Assembly: GCA_037481835.1 (NCBI GenBank)
Contig: JBBFKW010000021.1
Span: forward strand, 1-38,482
From: Desulfosoma sp.
GTDB lineage: Bacteria; Desulfobacterota; Syntrophobacteria; Syntrophobacterales; DSM-9756
Direction: 5' to 3'
DNA length: 38,482 bases
In this document: piece by piece, positions 7,538-16,791 of the stretch
Layout of the letters: each line of letters starts with the position of its first letter
Numbering within the stretch: the first letter of the stretch is position 1
Notes under the pieces: generated by a model
Database searches by the model: none
Told to the model about the DNA's origin: nothing
The model's input: only the letters and a program-made list of their open reading frames with translations
Position numbers and translations under genes: made by a program

Positions 7538-8305
7538 ATGAAAGAGGCGGCTTCAGCGGTGCAACCGGCTATGCCCATGATCCTTTTTCGGGGCGTGAAC
7601 AAGTGGTTCGGCCCCTTGCACGTGCTCAAGGACATCGACTTTACGGTGGATCCCGGGGAAGTGGTGGTGGTGTGCGGGCCGAGCGGGTCCGGAAAAAGCA
7701 CCATGATCCGGTGCATCAACAAGTTGGAGCCCATCCAAAAAGGGACCATCGTGGTGGACGGGATGGATCTGAGTGATCCCAAGACGGACATCACCAAGCT
7801 TCGGGCCGAAATCGGCTTCGTATTCCAGCAATTCAACCTGTACCCGCACATGACGGCTCTGGAAAACATCACGCTGGCGCCCATGAAGGTGCGCAAGATG
7901 TCCCGTCGGGAAGCCGAGGACATCGCCCTGGAAATCTTGGAAAAGGTGGGCATCCGCGAAAAAGCGCACCACTATCCGGCCCAGCTTTCCGGAGGCCAGC
8001 AGCAGCGGGTGGCCATCGCCCGAGGCTTGGCCATGCGGCCCAAGATCATGCTCTTCGATGAGCCCACGTCGGCCCTGGACCCGGAGATGATCAACGAGGT
8101 CTTGGATGTCATGAAGAATTTGGCCAAGGAAGGGATGACCATGGTGGTGGTCACCCACGAAATGGGCTTCGCACGGGAGGTGGCCCACCGCGTGGTGTTC
8201 ATGGACGAGGGGCGTCTCATCGAGAGCGCGCCTCCGGAGGAGTTCTTTTCAAACCCGCAGAACGAGCGGACTCGGTTGTTTTTGAGCAAGATCCTGACGC
8301 ACTAG
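7538..8305 (+). CDS. Polar amino acid ABC transporter ATP-binding protein (GlnQ/GltL-like)
   Basis: [61 protein letters not shown]. Confidence 0.95.
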   Translation: MKEAASAVQPAMPMILFRGVNKWFGPLHVLKDIDFTVDPGEVVVVCGPSGSGKSTMIRCINKLEPIQKGTIVVDGMDLSDPKTDITKLRAEIGFVFQQFNLYPHMTALENITLAPMKVRKMSRREAEDIALEILEKVGIREKAHHYPAQLSGGQQQRVAIARGLAMRPKIMLFDEPTSALDPEMINEVLDVMKNLAKEGMTMVVVTHEMGFAREVAHRVVFMDEGRLIESAPPEEFFSNPQNERTRLFLSKILTH

Positions 8306-8381
8306 GGGTTCTGGCTCCGGGCGTGGGGCCCGGGGCTTTGCGGCGGCAGCGGTTTTTCAGGCAACGTGGGGGAGAGAACCG

Positions 8382-9455
8382 ATGGAGATCGCCATTCATG
8401 CTGTGGAGCCGGGGCGCAGAAAGGCGCGGCCGGCGGATGCGGGATTGGTTTTCGGCAAAGTCTTTACCGACCACATGTTTGTCATGGATTACAAGACAGG
8501 TGACGGCTGGGGGAACGCGCGAATCGTCCCCTACGGTCCGCTTTCCTTGGATCCCGCGGCCATGGTGCTTCACTACGGTCAGGGCATCTTCGAGGGCCTC
8601 AAGGCATATCGGTGTCCCGACGGACGCATCCACCTCTTTCGCCCCTTGGAGAACATGAACCGCTTTAATCGGTCCGCGCGGCGCATGTGCATGCCGGAAG
8701 TGGATGCCCGCTTCCATCTCCAGGCCGTCGAAACTCTAATACGCCTCGATGCGGACTGGGTGCCGCGCAGCAAAGGGGCCTCCCTTTATATCCGCCCGAC
8801 CATGATCGCTTCCGAGCCGCACCTTGGGGTGCGCCCGGCGGCGGAATACATCCATTACGTCATCACAGGGCCGGTAGGGGCTTATTATCCGGAAGGTTTC
8901 AATCCCGTGAAGATTTACGTCACGGACGAGTATGTCAGGGCTGTCCGGGGCGGGGTCGGGGAAGCCAAGACCATGGCCAACTACGCGGCGAGTCTTTACG
9001 CTCAGGAAGTGGCCAAGAAGAAGGGCTACACTCAAGTGCTGTGGCTGGATGCCGTGCAGCGGCGCTATGTTGAAGAAGTGGGCACCATGAACATTTTCTT
9101 CCTCATCAAGGATGAACTCGTCACTCCGCCTTTGAGCGGATCCATCCTGCCCGGGGTAACCCGCGATTCCGTTATCCACCTGGCCAAGCACTGGGGCCTG
9201 ACGGTGCATGAGCGGCCCATTACGATCGACGAAGTGATCGATGCCATCGCCTCCGGAGCCATGAAAGAAATGTTCGGCACGGGCACGGCGGCCGTCATTT
9301 CCCCCGTGGGCGAAGTCTGCTTCAAGGATAAGACATACAAGGTGGCCGACGGCGGCGTAGGGGAATGGTCGCGGCGCTTTTACGATGAAATCACCGGGAT
9401 CCAATACGGCGAAAAGGACGATCCCTTCGGTTGGGTCCACCGCGTGGATCTCTGA
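8382..9455 (+). CDS. ilvE: Branched-chain amino acid aminotransferase
   Basis: FTDHM, LHYGQGIFEGLKAY, LYIRP, AKTMANY, EEVGTMN, ILPGVTRDS, GTGTAAVISPV. Confidence 0.96.
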   Translation: MEIAIHAVEPGRRKARPADAGLVFGKVFTDHMFVMDYKTGDGWGNARIVPYGPLSLDPAAMVLHYGQGIFEGLKAYRCPDGRIHLFRPLENMNRFNRSARRMCMPEVDARFHLQAVETLIRLDADWVPRSKGASLYIRPTMIASEPHLGVRPAAEYIHYVITGPVGAYYPEGFNPVKIYVTDEYVRAVRGGVGEAKTMANYAASLYAQEVAKKKGYTQVLWLDAVQRRYVEEVGTMNIFFLIKDELVTPPLSGSILPGVTRDSVIHLAKHWGLTVHERPITIDEVIDAIASGAMKEMFGTGTAAVISPVGEVCFKDKTYKVADGGVGEWSRRFYDEITGIQYGEKDDPFGWVHRVDL

Positions 9456-9529
9456 TATCCGGGGGGCCCAGGGCTCCCTGGGGAATGGGCGGCACAGGGC
9501 CCCTTGTTGCGGCTTCTGCCACGCAGTTG

Positions 9530-9583
9530 TCACAAAACATGTGAACACGGGGGGTTGAATTCCGTTCAGGGCATCGTTATCAT
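9530..9583 (+). promoter_or_regulatory. Sigma70 promoter with upstream palindromic site
   Basis: TTGAAT(9555-9560)-N17-TATCAT(9578-9583); TCACA-N5-TGTGA at 9530-9544. Confidence 0.55.
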
Positions 9584-9589
9584 CTTGTC

Positions 9590-9671
9590 AGGTAGGCTGA
9601 CGCGATGTCGCCTTCTCCTAACCCCTCCTTGGCCTGCCCGGCTCCCCCCTCCGGCCGGGCAGGTTCTTTTT
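9590..9671 (+). ncRNA. Candidate small regulatory RNA with anti-Shine-Dalgarno motifs
   Basis: Promoter directly upstream, 5' hairpin 9594-9613, CU-rich linker containing CCCCTCCTT, terminator with CCCCCCTCC loop, no ORF. Confidence 0.55.
9633..9671 (+). terminator. Rho-independent terminator
   Basis: CCTGCCCGGC-N11-GCCGGGCAGG followed by TTCTTTTT. Confidence 0.85.
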
Positions 9672-9679
9672 AAAGCCCT

Positions 9680-11260
9680 CTAAAGCCTGACCTGTTCCAC
9701 GGAAAGAATGGTCGGATGAGCTCGAAGCACGCTCAGGGCCTCTTCGGGCGCTTCACTGTCGATGCGGATGATGGCGATGGCCTTGTCCCGTTCAGGGGTG
9801 CGGCTTAGGTGCATATTGGCGATGTTGACGTGGAAATTCCCCAGAGTCGTTCCGATGAAGCCGATGACTCCGGGAGTGTCCCTGTTTTGCACGATGAGGT
9901 TGATGCCTTCCAGCTCCGCCTCCAGCCTGTATGTATTCAGCCGGATCAGGCGGATTTCGTTTCCGGGGAAAACGGCTCCCGTGGCCGATCTCTTTTGTCC
10001 CTTGCTTTCCACCGTGACCCGGATGAGGCCCGTGTAGCCGCGGGCTTCAGACGTGCGAGTGGCCGTAAGCTGGATCTTGCGTTCCCGCAACAACATGGGG
10101 GCGTTGACCAGGTTCACCTTTTCCGCCAGGACGGGATCCAAAAGCCCTTTGGCGATGCTTTGGGTCAGGGGATCCAGGGGCAGTTCTTCGAGTTCCGGGC
10201 CGCTGTATTCGATGTCGACCCGTTCGATGGGCGTGCACAGCTGGCCGTGGAGGTGTCCGAGCCGTTCGGCGAGGATCATGTAAGGGCGGATGCGATCGTA
10301 TTCGCGGGCGCTGATGGAAGGAAAATTCACCGCATTGCGGATGATGCCCCTCTTGAGATAGTCCAGGATCTGGACGGCGATGGCCTTGGAGACGTTTTCT
10401 TGGGCCTGGTAACTGGAGGCTCCCAAGTGCGGCGTGAAGATGACGTTAGGCAGGGAAAGCAGCGGGTTTCCTTCCGGCGGTTCCTTGGCGAAGACATCCA
10501 AAGCCGCTCCGGCCACATGCCCGGAGACGAGCCCTTCGTAGAGGGCTTCTTCATCGATGAGGCCGCCTCGGGCGCAGTTGATGATCCGCACCCCACGCTT
10601 CATCTTGGCCAGGGTTTCCCGGTTGATGAGATTTCGGGTCTCTGGCGTGAGGGGCGTGTGGAGCGTGATGAAATCGGACCGGCGCCACAGTTCGTCCAGG
10701 TCCACCCATTCGGTTCCCAGGATGGCCGCGGTTTCCGGCGTGATGTGGGGGTCGTGGGCAAGAACGTTCATTTTGAAGCCCAGAGCCCGGTCGGCCACGA
10801 TGGTGCCGATCTTGCCCAACCCGATGATTCCCAGCGTTTGCTGATAGAGTTCCGTGCCCATGAACCGCTTCTTGTCCCAGCGGCCTTCACGCATGGACTG
10901 GGTCGCCTGGGGCACGTGGCGGGCCAAGGCGAGCATGAGCGCCATGGTGTGTTCGGCGGCCGCCATGGCGTTGGCTCCGGGCGTATTCATCACCAGGATG
11001 CCGCGAGCGCTTGCTGCGGCCACATCGATGTTGTCCACTCCTGTGCCGGCCCGACCGACCACTTTGAGTCGCCCCGCGTGGTCCAGAAGGCTTTCGGTGA
11101 CCTTGGTGCGGCTTCGCACCACCATGGCGTCGCACTCGGGCAGGATCTCCCGGATTTCTTCCAAGCTCGGTTGATCCGGGGCCGCCACGGTGATGTCCGG
11201 GTCGGCCCGCAGGATGGCCAAACCCGAAGGGTGCATGCCGTCGCAAATGAGGATTTTCAT
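9680..11260 (-). CDS. serA: D-3-phosphoglycerate dehydrogenase (type I, ASB and ACT domains)
   Basis: VRSRTKVT, GRAGTGVDNID, GLGKIG, NCARGG, ALDVF..EPP, TPHLGAS, C-terminal NRDTPGVIG..NIANM; AGGAG before ATG 11260. Confidence 0.95.
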   Translation of the reverse strand: MKILICDGMHPSGLAILRADPDITVAAPDQPSLEEIREILPECDAMVVRSRTKVTESLLDHAGRLKVVGRAGTGVDNIDVAAASARGILVMNTPGANAMAAAEHTMALMLALARHVPQATQSMREGRWDKKRFMGTELYQQTLGIIGLGKIGTIVADRALGFKMNVLAHDPHITPETAAILGTEWVDLDELWRRSDFITLHTPLTPETRNLINRETLAKMKRGVRIINCARGGLIDEEALYEGLVSGHVAGAALDVFAKEPPEGNPLLSLPNVIFTPHLGASSYQAQENVSKAIAVQILDYLKRGIIRNAVNFPSISAREYDRIRPYMILAERLGHLHGQLCTPIERVDIEYSGPELEELPLDPLTQSIAKGLLDPVLAEKVNLVNAPMLLRERKIQLTATRTSEARGYTGLIRVTVESKGQKRSATGAVFPGNEIRLIRLNTYRLEAELEGINLIVQNRDTPGVIGFIGTTLGNFHVNIANMHLSRTPERDKAIAIIRIDSEAPEEALSVLRAHPTILSVEQVRL

Positions 11261-11276
11261 AAACCTTTCTCCTGGC

Positions 11277-11996
11277 TCATCCGAGATAGGCTTTCTTGAT
11301 TTCGGGATCCTGGGCCAGTTCTTGAGCCGGTCCCTCCATGACGATCCGTCCCGTTTCCAGCACATAAGCCCGGTGGGCATAGCGCAGGGCCAGATGGGCG
11401 TTTTGTTCCACGACGAGAATAGTGGTGCCCGTTTCGTTCAGTTCCTTGAGCACCCGGAACAGTTCCTGCATAAGCAAGGGGGATAGGCCCATGGACGGTT
11501 CGTCCAAAAGGATCCAACGCACGCCGCTCATGAAGGCCCGGCCCATGGCGAGCATCTGCTGTTCCCCGCCGCTCAGGGTGTCCGCCCTCTGGGTTTTTCG
11601 ATCCGCCAGCCGGGGAAAGAGGGCAAAGACCCGATCCAGGTCCTTCTTGATGGCCGCCGTGTCCTTTCGGGCATAGGTGGCGATGTGGAGGTTTTCCATC
11701 ACGGTGAGGTTCCCGAAGATATGGCGTCCTTCCGGAACGAGGCCGATCCCGTGGGTGGCGACCACTTCGTGGGGCGGAACGTTGAGAAGGTCGATCCCGC
11801 GAAAGCGCAGGCTTCCTTTGGTCACCACGGGCCCATCGGGAGGCGGCAAGCGCATGATGCTGCACAGGGTCGTGGTTTTGCCGGCTCCGTTGGCCCCGAG
11901 CAAGGCCACCATTTCCCCTTCCCGCACGGTGAAGGAGATGCCGTGGAGGGCTTCGATGCTTCCGTAGCGCACGTGCAGGTCCGTCACTTCAAGCAT
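11277..11996 (-). CDS. livF: Branched-chain amino acid ABC transporter ATP-binding protein
   Basis: GANGAGKTT, VPEGR.IF, LSGGEQQMLA, LDEPSMGL, VEQNA, YVLETG. Confidence 0.92.
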   Translation of the reverse strand: MLEVTDLHVRYGSIEALHGISFTVREGEMVALLGANGAGKTTTLCSIMRLPPPDGPVVTKGSLRFRGIDLLNVPPHEVVATHGIGLVPEGRHIFGNLTVMENLHIATYARKDTAAIKKDLDRVFALFPRLADRKTQRADTLSGGEQQMLAMGRAFMSGVRWILLDEPSMGLSPLLMQELFRVLKELNETGTTILVVEQNAHLALRYAHRAYVLETGRIVMEGPAQELAQDPEIKKAYLG

Positions 11997-12765
11997 GGCT
12001 CAGTTCTTCGCTCCCAAGATAGGCCTGGATCACCCGCGGGTTTTGCTTGATGGCTTCGGGCGGGCCGTCGGCGATGGTTTCTCCGAAATCCAGCACCTGT
12101 ACCCGTTCGCACACGCTCATCACCACCCTCATGTGGTGTTCGATCAGCCACACGGTCAACGCGAAAGATTCGCGGATCCAGCGGATGCTTTCCACGAGCT
12201 GGTCGATTTCACCGGGATTCATGCCGGCGGCCGGCTCATCCAGCAAAAGCAGCTTGGGCTGCGTGGCCAGAGCGCGGGCGATTTCCAATCGGCGTTGCAT
12301 GCCGTACGGAAGGTTGCCGGGATTTTCGCCGGCGTAGTGGCGAAGCCCCATGATTTCCAGGAGTTCTTCCGCAGTGCGGCGCACGTGCCGTTCCCGAGCG
12401 ACGAAACGGCCGGTTTGTAGGATCACGTCGGCAAGGCCGTATCCCAGCCGAAAATGCTGGGCGATGCACAGGTTGTCGAAGACGGTCAGGGTGTTCCAGA
12501 GGCGGATGTTTTGAAACGTGCGGGCGACGCCCATGGCCGTCACGGCATGGGGGCGGAGCCCCGCGATGTCTTTTCCCTGGAAGAGGATTTCTCCTTCCGT
12601 GGGCTTGTAGAAGCCGCACACGAGGTTGAAAACGGTGGTTTTCCCGGCCCCGTTGGGACCGATCAACCCCAAGAGTTCTCCGCCTTCAAGCTGCAGGTTG
12701 AAATTGGCCACGGCCCGAAGGCCGCCGAAGTAGTGCGTGAGTTTTCGAATTTCCAGCAGGGCCAT
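11989..12765 (-). CDS. livG: Branched-chain amino acid ABC transporter ATP-binding protein
   Basis: FGGL.AV, GPNGAGKTT, RTFQNIRL, LPYGMQRRLEIARAL, DEPAAGMN, IEHHM, AYLG. Confidence 0.92.
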   Translation of the reverse strand: MALLEIRKLTHYFGGLRAVANFNLQLEGGELLGLIGPNGAGKTTVFNLVCGFYKPTEGEILFQGKDIAGLRPHAVTAMGVARTFQNIRLWNTLTVFDNLCIAQHFRLGYGLADVILQTGRFVARERHVRRTAEELLEIMGLRHYAGENPGNLPYGMQRRLEIARALATQPKLLLLDEPAAGMNPGEIDQLVESIRWIRESFALTVWLIEHHMRVVMSVCERVQVLDFGETIADGPPEAIKQNPRVIQAYLGSEELSHA

Positions 12766-13788
12766 CTACGCCCCCTTGTGCGCCGAAAACCAGCGGCGCA
12801 GCCCAGGGAACACATCAGTCAGTTCCCGGTTGCCCATAATGCCCTCCGGCCGAAGCAACATGAGCAGGATGAGCAGCAGGGGGATGACGACCCATTTGAT
12901 CACCTGCAGCGGCCGCAAGACTTCCAAAATGAGCGTAAACACCACAGCGCTCAACACGGAGCCGCTCAAGGACCCCATGCCGCCCAAGTAGACCATGACC
13001 ATGACTTCCGTGGATTTCATGATGGTGAAGGTTCCGGGGTTGATGTAGCCGAGGATGTGCGCAAAAAGGCCGCCCGCAAGACCGGCCATGCCCGATGAGA
13101 GCATGAAGGCGGCTACCTTCATGCGACGCGTGTCCACGCCCATGATTTCGGCGGCGATTTCGTCGTCTCGAATCGCCACGATGCCCTTGCCGTAGGACGA
13201 GGACACGAATCGATGGAGCACCCACACGGTCAAGCCCGTGAAAACCAGGATCCAAAACATGATCCACGGAACGCGCCACACCGCCTCCATTTCTTCGATG
13301 ACCTTGCGCATTCCCATGAACCCTCGCGCCCCGCCGATCACCTGGATGTTTTCCACGGAACTCTTGACGATGTAGTTGACGGCCAAGGTGATGATGGCCA
13401 AGTAGTCGCCGCGGGTGCGAAAGGACGGGAAGGCCACAAGGAGGCCGGCCAGAGCGGCGGCGAACGCCCCGGCAAGGAGCGTCACCGGGAAGAGATAGAC
13501 GGCGCTCGACGGGGATAAAACGGGGGGGCCGAACACCTTGTGGGAGGTGAACAGCCAGACATTCAAAATAGACGACACATACGCCCCAACGGCCATGAAA
13601 CCCGCATGGCCGCACGAAAATTCCCCCATGTATCCGTTGATGAGGTTCAGGGAGCTGGACAGGATGATGTTGATGCCGATGAACATGAGGACGAGTTGGG
13701 CGTAGGCGGTGAGCGCCTCGTAATGGCAGACTGCCAAGATCCCGAGGGAAAACGCGAGGTAAAGCCACAGTCCGAAATGACGTCGCAT
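12766..13788 (-). CDS. livM: Branched-chain amino acid ABC transporter permease
   Basis: SLNLINGYMGEFS.GHAGF, RGDYLAIITL, AIRDDEIAA, GGMGSL.GS. Confidence 0.92.
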   Translation of the reverse strand: MRRHFGLWLYLAFSLGILAVCHYEALTAYAQLVLMFIGINIILSSSLNLINGYMGEFSCGHAGFMAVGAYVSSILNVWLFTSHKVFGPPVLSPSSAVYLFPVTLLAGAFAAALAGLLVAFPSFRTRGDYLAIITLAVNYIVKSSVENIQVIGGARGFMGMRKVIEEMEAVWRVPWIMFWILVFTGLTVWVLHRFVSSSYGKGIVAIRDDEIAAEIMGVDTRRMKVAAFMLSSGMAGLAGGLFAHILGYINPGTFTIMKSTEVMVMVYLGGMGSLSGSVLSAVVFTLILEVLRPLQVIKWVVIPLLLILLMLLRPEGIMGNRELTDVFPGLRRWFSAHKGA

Positions 13789-13803
13789 GCTCTTGTCCTG
13801 CCG

Positions 13804-14730
13804 CTAGATCTTGGTGGCCCGGGCGACTCCGAAAAAGCCCGTGGGACGGAAGCTCAAGAAGACCAAAAGGATGCTGAAGGCGATGAGGTCGCGCAGAGTG
13901 GATGGGAAGAAGGCGGCGACGAAAATTTCCACAAACCCCAAGAGGAAGCCGCCGACGAAGGCTCCGCGGATTTCCCCGATCCCTCCGATGACTGCCGCGA
14001 TAAAAGCCTTCCAGCCGATGAGCGCGCCCATGTAGGGTTCCAGGACCGGATAGGCCGACGCGAAAAGGACACCGCCCAGCGCGGCCATGGAGGAACCCAG
14101 GATAAAGGTGAAAACGATGACGCGGTCCACGGGGATGCCCATGAGGGGCACAGCCATGCGGTCATACGAGACGGCTCGCATGGCCATGCCCAGTTTGGTC
14201 TTTCTCACCACGGTTTCCAGGAAGAAAAACACCACGATCGTCGCGATGATGACGAGGATTTTCACATTGGTGACCAGCACGCCGCCCAAATCATAGACCG
14301 TTGGGGGGATGAGCGTGGGAAAGCTGCGGCGGCTGGCGCCCAGAAGGGCCAGATTGCCGTTTTCCAGGAGGAGGCCGCACATGAGGGCGGTGATGACCAC
14401 ATAAAGGCGTGGGGCTCCGCGACGGCGCAGCGGGCGGTACGCCACCCGTTCCAAGGTGACGCCCACGAGGGCCGTGAGCGCCATGGTGGCCAGGATGGTC
14501 AAAACAAAGATCAAAGGCGGCGAAAGGGCCGCGGGAAGCTTAAAGGCATAGGTGCCGAGCAGAAAATGGGCGACGAAAAACCCGATGTAGGCCCCCACCA
14601 TGAAAATGTCGCCGTGGGCGAAGTTAATAAGGAGCAGCACGCCGTACACCAAAGTGTAGCCCAGGGCGATCAGGGCGTAAAAGCTGCCCCATTGGAGCGC
14701 GTTGAGGATGTTTTGAACAAGGGTTTCCAC
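13804..14730 (-). CDS. livH: Branched-chain amino acid ABC transporter permease
   Basis: GSFYALIALGYTLVYG...INFAHGD, G.AMRAVS, KAFIAAVIGGIG; GTG start. Confidence 0.92.
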   Translation of the reverse strand: METLVQNILNALQWGSFYALIALGYTLVYGVLLLINFAHGDIFMVGAYIGFFVAHFLLGTYAFKLPAALSPPLIFVLTILATMALTALVGVTLERVAYRPLRRRGAPRLYVVITALMCGLLLENGNLALLGASRRSFPTLIPPTVYDLGGVLVTNVKILVIIATIVVFFFLETVVRKTKLGMAMRAVSYDRMAVPLMGIPVDRVIVFTFILGSSMAALGGVLFASAYPVLEPYMGALIGWKAFIAAVIGGIGEIRGAFVGGFLLGFVEIFVAAFFPSTLRDLIAFSILLVFLSFRPTGFFGVARATKI

Positions 14731-14783
14731 GACAATCCCGATTCCTTGAGGTCTGCGGTCCCGGAGGTTTGGGGATGGGAAAG

Positions 14784-14853
14784 GGGCACGGAATCCCGTG
14801 CCCGTTGGCTCCGGAGTTCCGACGCGGGAGCCGGCTCCGCTGCACGGAGCCGG
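14784..14853. repeat. Intercistronic GC-rich hairpins between livK and livH
   Basis: GGGCACGG-N4-CCGTGCCC (14784-14803) and CCGGCTCCG-N5-CGGAGCCGG (14831-14853); no U-tract, so probably mRNA stability or stoichiometry elements. Confidence 0.55.
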
Positions 14854-14895
14854 ACCGACCCGGTCGCGTTCAAAGGCGTTTTCTCGCCGCTCCCA

Positions 14896-16068
14896 TTACG
14901 GGCATACGGACTTGTAGAATTCGAACTCGCCCTTGTCGCTGATCTTCACGACGACGGCGCACTTAATGGGATCGCCTTCGGGCGTGAAGGTCATCTTGCC
15001 CGTGATGCCGTCAAAGTCTTTGATTTGGGCCAAGGCGTTCTTCACGTTATCCCGGTCCTTTTCCAGGTTGCCGGTGAGCCCGCCCGTGTTCTGAATGGCC
15101 TGGAGAAGCAGCCGGATGGCGTCCCACGTGAGGGCCGCCACGTCATCGGGCACGTAACCGTACTTGGCGTTGTACTTGTCGATGAATTCCTTGGTTGCCC
15201 CTTTGGCTCCCGCCGCGGCGTAATGGGTGGTGAAGTAGAGGCCTTTGCAGTCGTCTCCGCACAGCTTCATGAGTTCGGCCGAACCCCAGCTGTCGCTGCC
15301 CATGATGGGTTTTTTCCATCCCAGCTGGTGGGCCTGCTTCACGATCAGGGGCACTTCGTCATAGTATTGGGGCGTAAAGAGGACATCGGCGCCCGATTTG
15401 ATGATGTTGGTCAGCTGCGCGCTAAAATCCCGGTCCTTGGTGGTGAAGGTTTCGAAGGCCACCACGGATCCGGCGCCGTGAATCTTTTCAAAGGCTTCCT
15501 TGAAGTATTCGGCCAATCCTTTGGGATAGTCGCTGGCGATGTCATAGAGGACGGCCGCCTTTTTGGCTTGAAACTCTTCCGTAGCGAATTTCGCAGCCAC
15601 GGGGCCCTGGAACGGATCCAAGAAGCAGGCGCGGAAAACATACGGCCGGTCTTTGGTCGTCTGCGGGTTGGTGGACCAGGGAGAGATCATGGGGGTCTTG
15701 TAAGAATTGCACACTTCCCCGGCGGGAATGGCCTGTTTGCTGGCCTGAGGGCCGATGACGGCCAGGACCTGGTCCTGGGTGATGAGTTTCAAAGCGGCGG
15801 CGGTGGCCGATTCCGCCTTGGATTCGTTATCTTCGTAGATGAACTGCAGTTTGTACGTCTTATCGCCGACTTTGATGCCGCCAGCCCCGTTCACTTCCGC
15901 CAAGAGGATTTCCGCCGCGTACTTGGATCCTTCCCCCACCTTTGGGATGTCGCCGGTAAGGGGGATGTTAAACCCGATCTTGATCGTGTCTGCCGCCCAC
16001 GCGGCGGACAGGCACCCTACGACGGCCACGAGACTCAAGAAGACGGAAAAAGACTTGCTCCTCCACAT
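14896..16068 (-). CDS. livK: Branched-chain amino acid ABC transporter substrate-binding protein
   Basis: Signal peptide, IKIG...PLTG, FRACFLDPFQG, DFSAQLT, FDGITG; strong AAGGAGG RBS. Confidence 0.9.
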   Translation of the reverse strand: MWRSKSFSVFLSLVAVVGCLSAAWAADTIKIGFNIPLTGDIPKVGEGSKYAAEILLAEVNGAGGIKVGDKTYKLQFIYEDNESKAESATAAALKLITQDQVLAVIGPQASKQAIPAGEVCNSYKTPMISPWSTNPQTTKDRPYVFRACFLDPFQGPVAAKFATEEFQAKKAAVLYDIASDYPKGLAEYFKEAFEKIHGAGSVVAFETFTTKDRDFSAQLTNIIKSGADVLFTPQYYDEVPLIVKQAHQLGWKKPIMGSDSWGSAELMKLCGDDCKGLYFTTHYAAAGAKGATKEFIDKYNAKYGYVPDDVAALTWDAIRLLLQAIQNTGGLTGNLEKDRDNVKNALAQIKDFDGITGKMTFTPEGDPIKCAVVVKISDKGEFEFYKSVCP

Positions 16069-16139
16069 GGCTTTTCCTCCTTGGCTTTAAAAGTGGCGGG
16101 AGTTATGGGACTTGACACACACGACCCAAGACGAGAGCC

Positions 16140-16169
16140 TCTATAGCACAGGCTCCTACGTGCTTTCAA
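16140..16169 (-). promoter_or_regulatory. Putative sigma70 promoter of livKHMGF-serA
   Basis: Minus strand TTGAAA-N18-TATAGA with TG at the extended -10 position; inverted repeat GAGCCT-N9-AGGCTC overlaps the -10. Confidence 0.4.
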
Positions 16170-16200
16170 TCACATAAGATTTTCAGCGAAAGGAGTTTCT

Positions 16201-16791
16201 ATGCGCATTGTGGGGATTTACGGATCGCCGCGGCCCAACGGCAATACGGACAAAATGCTGGACGCTTTCCTGGACGGGGCGCGGGAGGCGGGGGCCAGGG
16301 TGGACACGGTTTACGTGAGAAAACTCAACCTGCAAGGCTGCATCGGCTGTGGCGGCTGCGACGAGACGGGCCAATGCGTCGTCGAAGACGACATGCACGG
16401 TGTCTATCCGCTGTTGGAATCGGCGGACGGGATCGTTTTAGCCTCCCCGGTGTATTTTTACAACGTGACCGGCCAAGTGAAGCTTTTGATCGATCGATGC
16501 CAGGCCCTGTTCATGAAAAAGATGCTCCGCGAAAATGGGGTTCTAGAAGGGACGGGTGCGGAGAAGAGCCCCCACGGCAAGCGAGGATTTCTTTTGAGCG
16601 CCGCGGCGACGCGCGGAAAGCGCCTCTTCGACTGCGCGCGGCTGACTTTCACCTATTTCATGGACGCCCTTGGAGGCGAGATGGTGGGCGAACTGTGTTT
16701 CCGAGAACTGGAAGGGAAAAAGGATGTGGAAAAAGACCCGGAACGGCTCGCCCAGTGCCGTGCGGAAGGGAGCCGCTTCGCCCGGTCCTGA
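16201..16791 (+). CDS. Iron-sulfur flavoprotein / NADPH-dependent FMN reductase (flavodoxin-like)
   Basis: GSPR.NGNT, C-x2-C-x2-C-x5-C (CIGCGGCDETGQC), ASPVYFYNV...K..IDR; AAGGAG RBS. Confidence 0.9.
   Translation: MRIVGIYGSPRPNGNTDKMLDAFLDGAREAGARVDTVYVRKLNLQGCIGCGGCDETGQCVVEDDMHGVYPLLESADGIVLASPVYFYNVTGQVKLLIDRCQALFMKKMLRENGVLEGTGAEKSPHGKRGFLLSAAATRGKRLFDCARLTFTYFMDALGGEMVGELCFRELEGKKDVEKDPERLAQCRAEGSRFARS

Noticed and set aside
13540..16146. 868-aa plus-strand ORF, and similar long antisense ORFs such as 9809-11299, 33031-34431, 4425-5567 and 18457-19875
   Set aside because: Shadow frames of well-supported opposite-strand genes in GC-rich DNA; no recognisable motifs
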